Below, piece by piece: positions 18,926 through 26,991 of a stretch of 31,873 nucleotides of DNA (positions are counted from its first letter, which is position 1; every line of letters starts with the position of its first letter). The notes beneath the pieces were generated by a model, which was given only the letters and a program-made list of their open reading frames with translations, did no database searches and was not told the origin of the DNA. Source of the DNA: a virus (taxonomy: Duplodnaviria; Caudoviricetes); IMG/VR virus record IMGVR_UViG_3300033076_001170, positions 1-31,873 of that record; one strand, 5' to 3'. Both the position numbers and the translations under genes were made by a program.

Positions 18926-19839
18926 TATCAAGTTACAATGAGTGGGACCCACTTAAAAAGGTAGTAGTAGGTCGAGCAGATCACGCAAATTGGCCAGTAC
19001 ATGATCCAGTCTATCGAAAAGAAGCAGAAAACAGTTTGTGGACTGAAACTTCTGCACCCAAAGGCCCAGTGCCGCAATGGATCATCGACGAAGCCAATGA
19101 AGATTTAGAGATCCTGTCTCAAACTTTAACAAAGTTAGGGGCTGAAGTTGTTCGCCCCGATGATTTGAACTTCCAAGTCCACGATGGTATGTATAATTAT
19201 TGCCCTCGCGATCGCTTGTTGGTCTATGGTTCCGCTATTGTAAATCCTGCAATGATGTATCCTTGCAGAGACATGGAATTGCAATGTTATTATGACATTG
19301 TGGATTCAGCGACACATTATCACTTTATGCCACGCAACGAAGGCATGGTACTTGACGCTGCCAATGTATTACGTTTAGGCAACAAGATGCTAATGCTAGA
19401 AAGCGCAAGTGGCAATCGTGCAGCATACGAATGGCTATGCAAACAATTCCCGGGTGTAGAAATTGAATTATGCAATTTCTATGCAGGTGTGCATATCGAC
19501 TCAACGGTTGTGCCACTGAGAGAAGGATTAGTATTATTAAATGGAACTAGAGTTAATGAGGAAAATTGCCCAAAAGTTTTCGCCGATTGGGAGAAGATTT
19601 ACGTGGACGAAGTTGAACCTCAAGATTTTTACCAGTACCCGTATGCTAGTAAATGGATCGCCCTTAATATGCTCGTGGTGGACCCCACGACAGTTATATG
19701 TGACCGTAACCAACACAGGCTTGCCACTACTTTGGAGAAACACGGATTCACAGTTATTCCTTTAGAGTTGCGTCACAGTAGAACACTGGGCGGCGGCTTT
19801 CACTGTGTCACATTGGATTTATGGAGAGAACATGCTTGA
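18922..19839 (+). CDS. Amidinotransferase (glycine / inosamine-phosphate amidinotransferase family)
   Basis: SYNEWDPLKKVVVGRA, CPRD, DAAN, HIDST and GGGFHCVTLD (Asp/His/Cys triad). Confidence 0.92.
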   Translation: MISSYNEWDPLKKVVVGRADHANWPVHDPVYRKEAENSLWTETSAPKGPVPQWIIDEANEDLEILSQTLTKLGAEVVRPDDLNFQVHDGMYNYCPRDRLLVYGSAIVNPAMMYPCRDMELQCYYDIVDSATHYHFMPRNEGMVLDAANVLRLGNKMLMLESASGNRAAYEWLCKQFPGVEIELCNFYAGVHIDSTVVPLREGLVLLNGTRVNEENCPKVFADWEKIYVDEVEPQDFYQYPYASKWIALNMLVVDPTTVICDRNQHRLATTLEKHGFTVIPLELRHSRTLGGGFHCVTLDLWREHA

Positions 19840-21094
19840 TAACACAGCATTGCAACAGTTAGTTGAACAACAAATAAAAATCGAAGTTGCTGATAAAATA
19901 CAGCAAAGTATGAACGAAGCATGGCTCAAGTCAGTAGAAGATTCTTCTATCAAGTTCATCCAAGATCGCATTGTGGCTAAATTTGCCAACAGCGAAGCTT
20001 TGCCAGAACTTGTAGCAGCAGTAAAAACTTCGGTACGTGATTTGTTTTCCAATGGTCAACTACCAGGCATTGGTCAATTTGTTGACCATGATCAAGTTAA
20101 GCAAAGTATCAATGACAAAACACAAGAACTAATCGAGTCGGCTATTGCTGAGTTGTCGATTGACGCTGCTTGGTTGGAGAAAATCGAAAAAGTCATTGCA
20201 CAACATACTGTACGTCAAGTATTGGAAAGAATGGCAACAGTTGATGTTAGACCAATCATAAAGGAAAGTGTTGCTAGCCAGATCTCTGATCTTAAAGCAG
20301 ACATATTTCAAGGCATACAGTGTCAAAGTGAGTCAGTGGAACTTACTATAATGGATCAACATGTTGTGGTAGAGAACAACTTTACAGCCACTGACATAAC
20401 CGCAGTGAATTCAGTTGTGGTTAAAGATCTTGTGGTCAAAGGATCGATTAATACAGACAATCAGTCATGGGCTGCACTGTCGGATGCTATTACTGAAAAA
20501 ACATTTAACAAACTCAATGATCAATGGAAAGATTCTCTAGCGCAACAAGTCGCAGAATATATTTCCAATGCAGGTATTGACTTTAGTAACATCAAAGTCG
20601 GGGGTGATTATCTAGTTAAAGATGGAAAATTATCCAATGGTGTAGTAGATAGTGGATTAAGATCAGTTGGCACACTGCAAACGTTAACAGTTGATGGCGA
20701 TGTTAGTCTCAATGATACAGTAAATGTCAGTCGCCGGCGGGTAGGTATCAATACACAAGAGCCCGACATGGCACTGAGTCTTTGGGACGAAGAAGTGACT
20801 ATTAGTGCTGGCAAATTTAAAAATCAAACTGGCTACATCGGCACCACTAGAAAGCAAGGGCTAGTAGTGGGTATTAACAAAACTCCAGCAATAGAAATTG
20901 ACGAAACTGGCTTAACTGCAATTAAACGAGTGCAAATCGGGTTACACAAAATCAGTCACGGTACCGAAGTTCCTAATTACGCAGGAACCAAAGGAGATGT
21001 GGTATTTAATGCAGACCCTACTGTGGAAAATCCTGTGTTTGCCTGGCAGTGTTTAGGTGGGTTTCGTTGGAAAGTTATCAAAGCAGTAGCATGA
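19832..21094 (+). CDS. Hypothetical protein, possibly virion structural (helical N-terminus, beta-rich fibre-like C-terminus)
   Basis: GGAGAG RBS before ATG 19832; LRSVGTLQTLTVDG, RVGINTQEP and KGDVVFN..P. Confidence 0.75.
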   Translation: MLDNTALQQLVEQQIKIEVADKIQQSMNEAWLKSVEDSSIKFIQDRIVAKFANSEALPELVAAVKTSVRDLFSNGQLPGIGQFVDHDQVKQSINDKTQELIESAIAELSIDAAWLEKIEKVIAQHTVRQVLERMATVDVRPIIKESVASQISDLKADIFQGIQCQSESVELTIMDQHVVVENNFTATDITAVNSVVVKDLVVKGSINTDNQSWAALSDAITEKTFNKLNDQWKDSLAQQVAEYISNAGIDFSNIKVGGDYLVKDGKLSNGVVDSGLRSVGTLQTLTVDGDVSLNDTVNVSRRRVGINTQEPDMALSLWDEEVTISAGKFKNQTGYIGTTRKQGLVVGINKTPAIEIDETGLTAIKRVQIGLHKISHGTEVPNYAGTKGDVVFNADPTVENPVFAWQCLGGFRWKVIKAVA

Positions 21095-21645
21095 AAATAA
21101 CCTGGGCCCTGGCAGATACTGCGGTATTAGATCCCGCAGTAGATCTCGACAAACTCAAAAACATAGGCCCGATTTGGGGCGGGTGGCAAACCTGGCGAGC
21201 CTGGGCCACTGACAATGTTATATGCCATGATGTAACACAAGCAAGAAGTCTTGTCAGCAGAGAATTCCATGCTCGATGCAATTTATATTTGCCTGCCGCA
21301 GCATACAAAGATTTAGATCGACCCATGGGAGTACATTTGTATCAAGGGGATTTCCACCAATCAGTTGATCACCCAGACGATATTGTTGCTATGCACTTAG
21401 CCGCAGCCAACAGTGATATTGTATTACTGTTTGGGTTTGATCTACAACCAAGAGATCTAGAGCATGATAAATTAGCCAAGCATCATTGGCATAATTATAA
21501 GAATTATGCCAAACACATTATTTTGAATAACCCTGATGTACAATGGGTTATTTTGGATCATACACCCAAAATCGACAAAGATCTCGAAAATTTACCAAAT
21601 TTGCTGTTTGACAAGCTAGATAATGTATTGACACAATTTTCATAA
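21091..21645 (+). CDS. Hypothetical protein (Rossmann-like, DIVLLFGFD as in Maf/MptE-like folds)
   Basis: ATGA overlap; AMHLAA..SDIVLLFGFD. Confidence 0.7.
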   Translation: MKITWALADTAVLDPAVDLDKLKNIGPIWGGWQTWRAWATDNVICHDVTQARSLVSREFHARCNLYLPAAAYKDLDRPMGVHLYQGDFHQSVDHPDDIVAMHLAAANSDIVLLFGFDLQPRDLEHDKLAKHHWHNYKNYAKHIILNNPDVQWVILDHTPKIDKDLENLPNLLFDKLDNVLTQFS

Positions 21646-21656
21646 TCTTGTATAAT
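21628..21656 (+). promoter_or_regulatory. Consensus sigma70 promoter for uvsE (leaderless)
   Basis: TTGACA-17 nt-TATAAT, ATG 6 nt downstream, no SD. Confidence 0.85.
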
Positions 21657-21662
21657 TACAGC

Positions 21663-22703
21663 ATGACTACACCTATTACACCACGTATCGGTTTCTGTTG
21701 CAAATGGATTGATGGCCCCAGTGAAACTGCGGGCCGTAAACCCACATCAGAAAGCCGTGATCTAAACGGGCGTTCCACTACCATGCGCTGGCTTCGCGAA
21801 CATGCAGACGAAGCAGTGCAACGTCAGTGGGATATTATGAATCACAATGCTCGTGCAGCTCTACTCATGGTAGAACGTGTGGGCACATTGCCGCCTGAAC
21901 GCCGTATGGTACGCCTAGGCAGCGAAATGTTACAAGGCTACACCGAACCCTCGTGGATTGACTGGTGGCAACAAAATGAGATTCAAGATCACTGCGAACG
22001 AATTTTTAAACCGGTGGGTGATGCTGCTCGGCGTCTTGGTGTCCGACTGTCCTTTCATCCAGGACAATTTTGTGTGCTGGCCAGCGAATCGGATGAGATC
22101 GTTCAACGATCGATTCTTGAATTTGAATATCATGCCGATATGGCGCGATGGATGGGTTATGGCCAAAGTTGGCACGATGAGGGTTTCAAGATCAATGTCC
22201 ACTTATCGGGTAAGGGAGGTTCTGAAAAGTTTTTGCAGACCTTCAAACGACTTTCTCCTGAAGCTCGTAATTTAATAACTATCGAAAATGATGAGGTGAG
22301 CAATGGACTCGATTCTGTTTTATCTGTGGCTGAGCATTGTGCTATTGTGTTGGATATTCACCATCACTGGGTCAAAACAGGGGAATACATCACACCTGAA
22401 GACCCTCGTGTTTTGCGGGTTCGTGAGTCTTGGCGTGGTGTGCGTCCTACTATTCACTTTTCTACTAGCCGCGAAGATATTTTGGTTGGGCATGATCGAT
22501 GCACTCGACCAGACCTTGCTCAACTTATTGCTGGAGGTCATAAAAAACAGCAACTCCGAGCACACAGCGATTTCTGCTGGAATGAAGCTGTAAACGATTG
22601 GGCTTTGAGCTTTGCCTCAGATTTTGATATTCAAGTCGAAGCCAAAGGTAAAAACATTGCAAGCGAGCAACTATATGAACGATTTATTAGCCAACGTGTT
22701 TGA
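21663..22703 (+). CDS. uvsE: UV damage endonuclease
   Basis: RIGFCC, RLSFHPGQFCVLAS, INVH, TIENDE, VLDIHHH, RAHSD and VEAKGKN. Confidence 0.95.
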   Translation: MTTPITPRIGFCCKWIDGPSETAGRKPTSESRDLNGRSTTMRWLREHADEAVQRQWDIMNHNARAALLMVERVGTLPPERRMVRLGSEMLQGYTEPSWIDWWQQNEIQDHCERIFKPVGDAARRLGVRLSFHPGQFCVLASESDEIVQRSILEFEYHADMARWMGYGQSWHDEGFKINVHLSGKGGSEKFLQTFKRLSPEARNLITIENDEVSNGLDSVLSVAEHCAIVLDIHHHWVKTGEYITPEDPRVLRVRESWRGVRPTIHFSTSREDILVGHDRCTRPDLAQLIAGGHKKQQLRAHSDFCWNEAVNDWALSFASDFDIQVEAKGKNIASEQLYERFISQRV

Positions 22704-22965
22704 TTGGATCCGAGAGGATTTTAAATCTAATCCCACCCGATGTGTACTGGAAGTGTTGGCATGGTTTCTCAGCATTGGTTGTAGTTTTACAATGATGTTG
22801 ACTGTGCCTACCCCGCCATTCTTGATCTTGTATCCGTTGTTTATTACACAATGCGTGATCTTTGCTTGGGCAGCATGGACTAGACAAAGTCTTGGTATGC
22901 TGGCAAATTACATACTGTTAGTGAGCATAGATAGTGTAGCACTGGTTAGAATGTGGTTGCAATAA
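22675..22965 (+). CDS. Small membrane protein (3 TM)
   Basis: Start at ATG 22675; three hydrophobic segments. Confidence 0.75.
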   Translation: MNDLLANVFDWIREDFKSNPTRCVLEVLAWFLSIGCSFTMMLTVPTPPFLILYPLFITQCVIFAWAAWTRQSLGMLANYILLVSIDSVALVRMWLQ

Positions 22966-22988
22966 AAAAGCCCCTTTCGGGGCTTTTT
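22964..22988. terminator. Bidirectional rho-independent terminator
   Basis: AAAAAAGCCCC-TTTC-GGGGCTTTTT between convergent genes. Confidence 0.9.
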
Positions 22989-23280
22989 ATTTTTCAGCTT
23001 TTGGCTTACGTGGTGCCTTTGGCTTTGCTGGTGCCTTGATTTTAGCAACCTTGGCCTTGACATCGCCTTCTTCGCGTTTTACAAACGTGCGTTTCTTGGC
23101 AGGCGCCTTTGGTTTAGTAGACGCAGCAGGTGGCAAGTTGTCACCAGCTTTACTGCTGGCAACAACTGGTTGAGCATTTATTGCTTCAACTTTTGCCGCA
23201 GGTGTTTCTACCTTGTACGGTGCTTCTACAACAGGCTCCTGTGCCTTGCTTGTAAAAAATTTTTTAAAAAATGTCAACAT
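22987..23280 (-). CDS. Lys/Ala/Pro-rich histone H1-like protein
   Basis: KPKAPAKKR...KAPAKPKAPRKPKAEK; AGGAGG RBS and TAAATA upstream on the minus strand. Confidence 0.8.
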   Translation of the reverse strand: MLTFFKKFFTSKAQEPVVEAPYKVETPAAKVEAINAQPVVASSKAGDNLPPAASTKPKAPAKKRTFVKREEGDVKAKVAKIKAPAKPKAPRKPKAEK

Positions 23281-23378
23281 AATGTTTCCTCCTGAATATT
23301 TAGTAAGTTGACTTTAATGCCGTATAAAATGAGGTCAGGGCAGGTTTCTCATGGTAAATACTGAGAAAGGAACATATC

Positions 23379-23555
23379 ATGTTTACACAACCAATTGTAG
23401 GCTGGATCAAAAAACTAGCTGAAGATTTCCAAAAGACAACCACTTATGGGGCAGAGTTAGAAGAATACATTACCAGCAAGAATCCGCAAAACACCGCAGA
23501 CGTAGAAATGTTAATGAGACAATATAATCAAAATCAAAAAGGATGGTCACTATGA
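23379..23555 (+). CDS. Small hypothetical protein (58 aa), not in ORF track
   Basis: TAAATA then AAAGGA RBS; MFTQPIVGWIKKLAEDF...LEEYITSKNPQNTADVEMLMRQY... Confidence 0.75.
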   Translation: MFTQPIVGWIKKLAEDFQKTTTYGAELEEYITSKNPQNTADVEMLMRQYNQNQKGWSL

Positions 23556-23641
23556 AAAAAATCTTAAACTCGATTTGGAATTTTTGTTTAGCGTATGGGG
23601 AGCTGCGAGCTCGTTGTTATCAAAAATTTGGTTACTATTAA
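23552..23641 (+). CDS. Small peptide (29 aa), not in ORF track
   Basis: MKKILNSIWNFCLAYGELRARCYQKFGYY; AAGGA RBS and ATGA overlap. Confidence 0.55.
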   Translation: MKKILNSIWNFCLAYGELRARCYQKFGYY

Positions 23642-23666
23642 TTAGTGACAGCTCACTAGGAAAAAT

Positions 23667-23698
23667 TGTTGCATTGCAGCATAATTATCATATATAAT
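23667..23698 (+). promoter_or_regulatory. Promoter with overlapping TGC-rich palindrome (PhaR-box-like)
   Basis: TGTTGCA-T-TGCAGCA (23667-23681) over the -35 region; TATAAT at 23693-23698. Confidence 0.55.
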
Positions 23699-23702
23699 AC
23701 AG

Positions 23703-23752
23703 TATGAGACGCTGGATAGGCCGGGTCTCATAGTAAACTCGCTTTATAGGAG
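23703..23752 (+). promoter_or_regulatory. Two-hairpin bulged-G 5'UTR element (ROSE-like), third copy
   Basis: TATGAGAC-G-CTGG-atagg-CCGG-GTCTCATA, then CTCGCT-ttat-AGGAG. Confidence 0.7.
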
Positions 23753-23758
23753 AACATT

Positions 23759-24025
23759 ATGTTTACAGCAGACGCAACCATCGACGCAGTTCAAACTGCA
23801 AAAAAGACCTTCGTTAACACATTCGTAACAAACGAAGCAGTTAAAACACCATTAATCAAGTTCATCGACGCACAAGCCGATTACACTAAGAAGGCAGCTA
23901 AAGTTGGTATGGACACTTTTACTTCGTTGTCGAGCGAAGCACTGAAGCAAGCACAAGAAGCCACCAAGTTTGACTTCAACAAAGCATACGCTGAATTGGC
24001 TGAAAAGTTCAGCTTCAAAAAGTAA
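23759..24025 (+). CDS. Small amphipathic helical protein, phasin-like
   Basis: A/K/T/F-rich, no Cys or Trp, apparently all-helical; strong SD. Function is inferred. Confidence 0.6.
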   Translation: MFTADATIDAVQTAKKTFVNTFVTNEAVKTPLIKFIDAQADYTKKAAKVGMDTFTSLSSEALKQAQEATKFDFNKAYAELAEKFSFKK

Positions 24026-24045
24026 TACTCAAGTAGTACTTTAAT

Positions 24046-24071
24046 AACCCGCCCAGGTGGCGGGTTTTGTT
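24046..24071 (+). terminator. Rho-independent terminator
   Basis: AACCCGCC-caggt-GGCGGGTT followed by TTGTT. Confidence 0.8.
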
Positions 24072-24099
24072 TGACCAAAAATGCCCGATTTGCTATAAT
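24071..24099 (+). promoter_or_regulatory. Sigma70-type early promoter (repeated cassette)
   Basis: TTGACC-aaaaatgcccgatttgc-TATAAT. Confidence 0.9.
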
Positions 24100-24129
24100 A
24101 TACACATACAGAAACAAAAGGAGCTGACA

Positions 24130-24429
24130 TTGGACTACACTACAATCTACATGCTGGGCTTTATCTTCACAGTTGGCGCATTCGCTGTTCGTGCTCGTGA
24201 TGTTGATACTCGCACACTGTTTGTGATTGCTCTAGCTTGGCCTGCTAGTATGGCATTTACCTTGCTTATTGTGTTGCTAAGTTTGTTCAAGTGGGACTTG
24301 GATGTGGCCGAGTCCCCCAAGATGTTTGGATTCCGTAAAGCTACCAATCCCAAGATGCGTGGTATTGCTGTCTCTGTGTTTGGTACAGAACTCCAGTTTT
24401 ACGGTCCACGCAAAACGGTTGACCAATAA
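24130..24429 (+). CDS. Small membrane protein
   Basis: TTG start after AGGAG, same leader as 5025; two hydrophobic segments. Confidence 0.75.
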   Translation: MDYTTIYMLGFIFTVGAFAVRARDVDTRTLFVIALAWPASMAFTLLIVLLSLFKWDLDVAESPKMFGFRKATNPKMRGIAVSVFGTELQFYGPRKTVDQ

Positions 24430-24447
24430 TTGCCGTTTTGTTATAAT
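24419..24447 (+). promoter_or_regulatory. Sigma70-type early promoter (leaderless transcript)
   Basis: TTGACC-aataattgccgttttgt-TATAAT, ATG 7 nt downstream. Confidence 0.88.
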
Positions 24448-24454
24448 TACACTT

Positions 24455-24604
24455 ATGAAACCGATACATTTTACACTGCCGCCAGTCAAGGAACGTCGAC
24501 ATCGTGCTCTATTCGATCGAGACTTGCCGTTCCGCGGCCGTGTGGAACAACCAAAAACAGTTTACAATCGTAAACCAAAACACCGCAATCGCAACCAAGA
24601 CTAA
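24455..24604 (+). CDS. arfA: ArfA-like alternative ribosome-rescue factor (49 aa)
   Basis: ALFDRDLPFRGRVEQPKTVYNRKPKH aligns with ArfA [28 protein letters not shown]. Confidence 0.65.
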   Translation: MKPIHFTLPPVKERRHRALFDRDLPFRGRVEQPKTVYNRKPKHRNRNQD

Positions 24605-24608
24605 TCGA

Positions 24609-24637
24609 TTGACCGATTATTCCCAATTTGCTATAAT
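24609..24637 (+). promoter_or_regulatory. Sigma70-type early promoter (repeated cassette)
   Basis: TTGACC-gattattcccaatttgc-TATAAT; TAAGGAGG SD downstream. Confidence 0.9.
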
Positions 24638-24674
24638 ATACACATAAACAAACTTTTCAGGCTAAGGAGGCCAT

Positions 24675-25346
24675 ATGAAACGTGTTCTTTTAGTTACAGC
24701 CATTGCACTGACACTGAGTGCATGTAGTTCAGTTAGCTTGAACAAAGCCGACAACCCAGGGTCAATGACCCCGATTCATTCACAGAAACTGTCCAGCAAC
24801 TTTACCCGCAAAGGCATCAAGTTGGAATATGAATGTGCATTTGGCACCAGCATGTTTGGCATGACAGATGCTATGTGTAGCAAGACTGACATCAAAGCAA
24901 TTGAGGTCACAGCCTATGCACCCAGCTACGGTAACTCCGAAAACAACCGCGAAAATGCTTTCCGTGTAGCAGAAATGCGAGCCAAGGCAAAACTTCGTCA
25001 CTTTATTCAAGAAGATGTGTCTAGCTCACAGGTTAAAACTGTGATTGCCAAGAACATCGAAAAGGCCAATGATCGCATCAAGCAACGCATCTCGGCCAAT
25101 GAAGAAGTCAACATGACCGACGATGAGGCCACAAAAGAAACCAACTGGGCGATTCGAGAGAATACCAACGACACTGTGCAAACACTGACAGAAACTGTGC
25201 GTGTTAACGCCGCAGGTATCATGCGAGGCGTTCGTGCAGTAGATGAAAAGATTGTGGACCGTCAGACTGTGCAAGTTACTATTCGCTGGGACAAAGATTC
25301 GGAACGTGCTAGCCAGTTCTTCCGTAACCAATGGCGTAGCCAATAA
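24675..25346 (+). CDS. Lipoprotein, LPP20-like
   Basis: MKR + hydrophobic core + LSAC lipobox; AFRVAEMRAKAKL...GIMRGV. Confidence 0.8.
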   Translation: MKRVLLVTAIALTLSACSSVSLNKADNPGSMTPIHSQKLSSNFTRKGIKLEYECAFGTSMFGMTDAMCSKTDIKAIEVTAYAPSYGNSENNRENAFRVAEMRAKAKLRHFIQEDVSSSQVKTVIAKNIEKANDRIKQRISANEEVNMTDDEATKETNWAIRENTNDTVQTLTETVRVNAAGIMRGVRAVDEKIVDRQTVQVTIRWDKDSERASQFFRNQWRSQ

Positions 25347-26383
25347 TGAAACGGCTTGTGGTAGGTTTGCTAGCGGCATTGTGTTTCAATGCCCTAGCAG
25401 TGGATGCAGTAACTTTGCTTCGCCCCAGTCCACTAGGCGTGGTTATTGCGGTTAAATCCTATCTCAAAGATCAGAAAAAGGTCTATTACATTCGTGTTGA
25501 ATCACAAGCCCGCGACTTTGAGCAGGCCAAGAAACAAGCATTTCGACTGGCCAGTGAACAAGTTGCAGGTACCGTGGTCCTAAGCGAAAGCGAGTTGCGC
25601 AATAGCAATCTAACCCGCGACGAAATCATTACTTACAGTTCTGGACTGATTGACGAATACAAAATTGTTGATCGATTTGATGCTCCTGGATCGGTTAAAC
25701 TGACTGTGGATGTTTGGATTGTAGAAAGTGCAATGGCTCAAAGGTTGCTGGCCAAGAGCGCACAGGATCAACGTTTCAATGGCGATGCATTGGCAACAAG
25801 AACAGATAGTATTCTTGAAGAACGCCGCCGAGGTGATAATATAGTACAGGCAGTAGTTCGAGACATGCCCCGGCATGGTTTTGCAATTAAGATGAAATCT
25901 GTCAAGATCGGTATGGATGTTAATCGAAATACCATTGCCTCTGTGGTTGCATACATTGAATGGGATCCGCGATATGTTAATGCGCTGTCTGAGGCCGCAA
26001 TCAGCACAGGACTTAAACCGGATCCTTTGTGTTGGAGCAATTGCCCTAACATTAACTATGTACTGCAAGGTGCAGGGTTTGAAGATCCAGTAAAACTACA
26101 CATGGTCATTGAACAAGCACGTAATCTTACCGTGAGTGCAGAAGTGCAAGATGCATCTGGACAGACATTATCACGGATTTGTCAGCCTTTGTTGTTGTTG
26201 CAAGAACAAACAAAGGAACCCAATCCTATGATTATTGTAGGCAGTCATCATGTTGCATTAAACACCAAAGCACAGTATGGTATTAATTTTGTTTTTTACT
26301 TGGGACAAAACACAGCAATGATGGCCCGCTTGGACGAAATTAGAACCAAAATTGTAACAAATTCGCAATGTCGTCCTTTGTAA
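25346..26383 (+). CDS. Exported protein with LPP20/FlgT-N-like domain
   Basis: Signal peptide ending ALA; AKKQAFRLASEQVAGTVVLSES...DEIITYSSGLI..YKIV. Confidence 0.75.
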   Translation: MKRLVVGLLAALCFNALAVDAVTLLRPSPLGVVIAVKSYLKDQKKVYYIRVESQARDFEQAKKQAFRLASEQVAGTVVLSESELRNSNLTRDEIITYSSGLIDEYKIVDRFDAPGSVKLTVDVWIVESAMAQRLLAKSAQDQRFNGDALATRTDSILEERRRGDNIVQAVVRDMPRHGFAIKMKSVKIGMDVNRNTIASVVAYIEWDPRYVNALSEAAISTGLKPDPLCWSNCPNINYVLQGAGFEDPVKLHMVIEQARNLTVSAEVQDASGQTLSRICQPLLLLQEQTKEPNPMIIVGSHHVALNTKAQYGINFVFYLGQNTAMMARLDEIRTKIVTNSQCRPL

Positions 26384-26418
26384 AGCGTGATAAGTAATTG
26401 GATAACCAGTTACCTATC

Positions 26419-26991
26419 ATGCCACTAGACAAAGAACTGCCAGAAACAAGATCTCATTCAGAACAACTACAAGACAGCGGAATATATGTCTTCATGGGCG
26501 AAGTTGACGAAGAGTCAATTCAGCCCATAATTGAGTGGATACTAGCAGAAAACCACGTAGTTAAAAAGAAGAAAAAAGAACTGTTGCTAATGATTTGCAG
26601 TTCCGGCGGCGAGCTAGAAGCTGCTTTTGCACTGATAGATGTCATCCGTAGTAGCACAATTCCTGTAAAAACTGTGGGACTAGGGCAGATTGCCAGTGCA
26701 GGGCTAATGATATTCTTAGCTGGCAAACCACGTATACTAACTCCTAACACCAGTATACTAAGCCACCAATACAGTTGGGGTAGCGAAGGCAAGCACCACG
26801 AACTCTGGGCAGTCACTAAAGAATTTAACCTAGTTCACGAACGCATGCTAGCACATTACAAGCTGGCAACTGGACTAGACGAAGCGACTATAAAAACAAA
26901 ACTGCTTCCCCCGCAAGATGTTTACCTTAGTGCAGAAGAAGCAGTTCAATTGAGAATCTGCAATTATATTTCAGACCTGACTCATCGTTGA
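26419..26991 (+). CDS. clpP: ClpP-like serine protease
   Basis: ICSSGG, GQIASAG (Ser), ILSHQ (His), QDVYLSAEEAV (Asp). TTG at 26398 is an alternative start. Confidence 0.9.
   Translation: MPLDKELPETRSHSEQLQDSGIYVFMGEVDEESIQPIIEWILAENHVVKKKKKELLLMICSSGGELEAAFALIDVIRSSTIPVKTVGLGQIASAGLMIFLAGKPRILTPNTSILSHQYSWGSEGKHHELWAVTKEFNLVHERMLAHYKLATGLDEATIKTKLLPPQDVYLSAEEAVQLRICNYISDLTHR

Noticed and set aside
23308-23330. TTGACT...TAAAAT possible sigma70 promoter
   Set aside because: The spacer is only about 11 nt.
24067-24604. ORF-track starts at 24067 and 24302
   Set aside because: They run through promoter sequence or the preceding gene; promoter and SD positions support starts at 24130 and 24455.
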